From Spirochaetota bacterium (GTDB taxonomy: Bacteria; Spirochaetota; Spirochaetia; Treponematales; Rectinemataceae): a stretch of 64,000 bases of DNA. A model generated the notes under the pieces. That model was not told where the DNA came from, did not search any database, and saw nothing but the letters and a program-made list of their open reading frames with translations. The position numbers and the translations under genes were made by a program. Location: contig JAKPBN010000382.1 of assembly GCA_029778945.1 (NCBI GenBank), positions 764-64,763 on the forward strand. The letters run 5' to 3'. Positions 63,353-64,000 of the stretch are shown piece by piece (the stretch's first letter is position 1; every line of letters begins with the position of its first letter).

Positions 63353-64000
63353 ATGCCCATCAAGCTCATAGCCTGCGACCTCGACGACACCCTCCTCAGG
63401 GAAGACCTCAGCATATCCAGCCGCAACCGCGAGGCCCTGGCCCAGGCAGCGGCCCGGGGGATCCGGATAGTCCTGGCCTCGGGCCGCAACATCCACAGCA
63501 TGGGGCGCTACGCCCGGGAGCTCGGACTCGAGGGGCCCGGGGAATACATGATCTGCACCAACGGGGCGGAGATCCTCGAGACGGCCACGGGACGGAGGAT
63601 CCACGAGAGCCGGATCGAGGGCGGCCTCTGCCTCGAGATCGTCGCGGCGATCGAGGAGCGGGGCCTGCCCTGGCAGGTCTACGAGGACGGCTACATCTGG
63701 GTCTCGGCCCCCAACCCCTGGGCCGAGCTCGACCAGAGGCTCACGGGCCAGGTCGTGCGGCCCATAGCCCCCGAGGAGAGGCAGGCCTTCCTGGCCCGGG
63801 GCCAGGTCAAGTTTGTCGTCCCCGCCCAGCCTGAGAGGATCGCCGAGGTCCTCCCGGAGCTCCAGGCCCACTTTGCGGGCCGGGCCGAGGTCCTCATCTC
63901 CAAGCCCTATTTCCTCGAGGTCCTCCCCCTGGGGGTGGACAAGGGCGAGGCCCTCAGGCTCCTCTGCGGGATCCTGGGCATAGGCCTCGAGGATGTCCTG
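63353..64000 (+). CDS. HAD-superfamily Cof-type (IIB) hydrolase, partial at the window end.
   Basis: IKLIACDLDDTLL motif I and ASGRNIHSM motif II. Continues past 64000. Confidence 0.8.
   Translation, partial: MPIKLIACDLDDTLLREDLSISSRNREALAQAAARGIRIVLASGRNIHSMGRYARELGLEGPGEYMICTNGAEILETATGRRIHESRIEGGLCLEIVAAIEERGLPWQVYEDGYIWVSAPNPWAELDQRLTGQVVRPIAPEERQAFLARGQVKFVVPAQPERIAEVLPELQAHFAGRAEVLISKPYFLEVLPLGVDKGEALRLLCGILGIGLEDVL

Overview
High-GC (~65%) bacterial chromosome segment dominated by the conserved translation and transcription gene arrays, all on the minus strand. Running from high to low coordinate these are murJ, tRNA-Thr, rpmG, tRNA-Trp, secE, nusG, rplKAJL, rpoB, rpoC, rpsL, rpsG, then an EF-G/TetM-like GTPase, tuf, and the S10-spc-alpha ribosomal protein operons ending rpoA-rplQ plus a tiny zinc-ribbon ORF. 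The classical str operon (rpsL-rpsG-fusA-tuf) is split: about 21.5 kb (26.5-47.9 kb) of mixed-strand signalling genes lies between rpsG and the EF-G-like/tuf pair. This accessory block contains the most unusual content. The main candidate novel system is a minus-strand operon of a HisKA_2-type hybrid kinase, three tandem paralogous STAS-domain proteins each fused to a C-terminal zinc ribbon, a CX5R (tyrosine-phosphatase-like) phosphatase translationally coupled by an ATGA overlap, and a degenerate class-III cyclase-like protein. The block also holds a second CX5R phosphatase paralog, a receiver-Nudix fusion, a flotillin-CYTH-nitroreductase-DEDDh exonuclease operon divergent from a LysR regulator with a T-N11-A palindrome, an ADP-ribosylglycohydrolase-NrtR-like-unknown operon with a strong promoter and operator-like palindrome, a REC-REC-ankyrin protein overlapping a radical SAM gene, and a second flotillin with a tandem-GGDEF protein. 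The 5' end of the window (1-8.7 kb) is a three-gene operon: two paralogous secreted beta-barrel/transglutaminase-like/TPR proteins (one with all three catalytic positions substituted) and an FN3/Ig-like tandem-repeat lipoprotein whose ~357-bp repeats run to the window edge and are interrupted by an in-frame TAG. No rRNA, CRISPR array, transposase or integrase was recognised. Coordinates of starts re-derived by hand may be off by a few nt.
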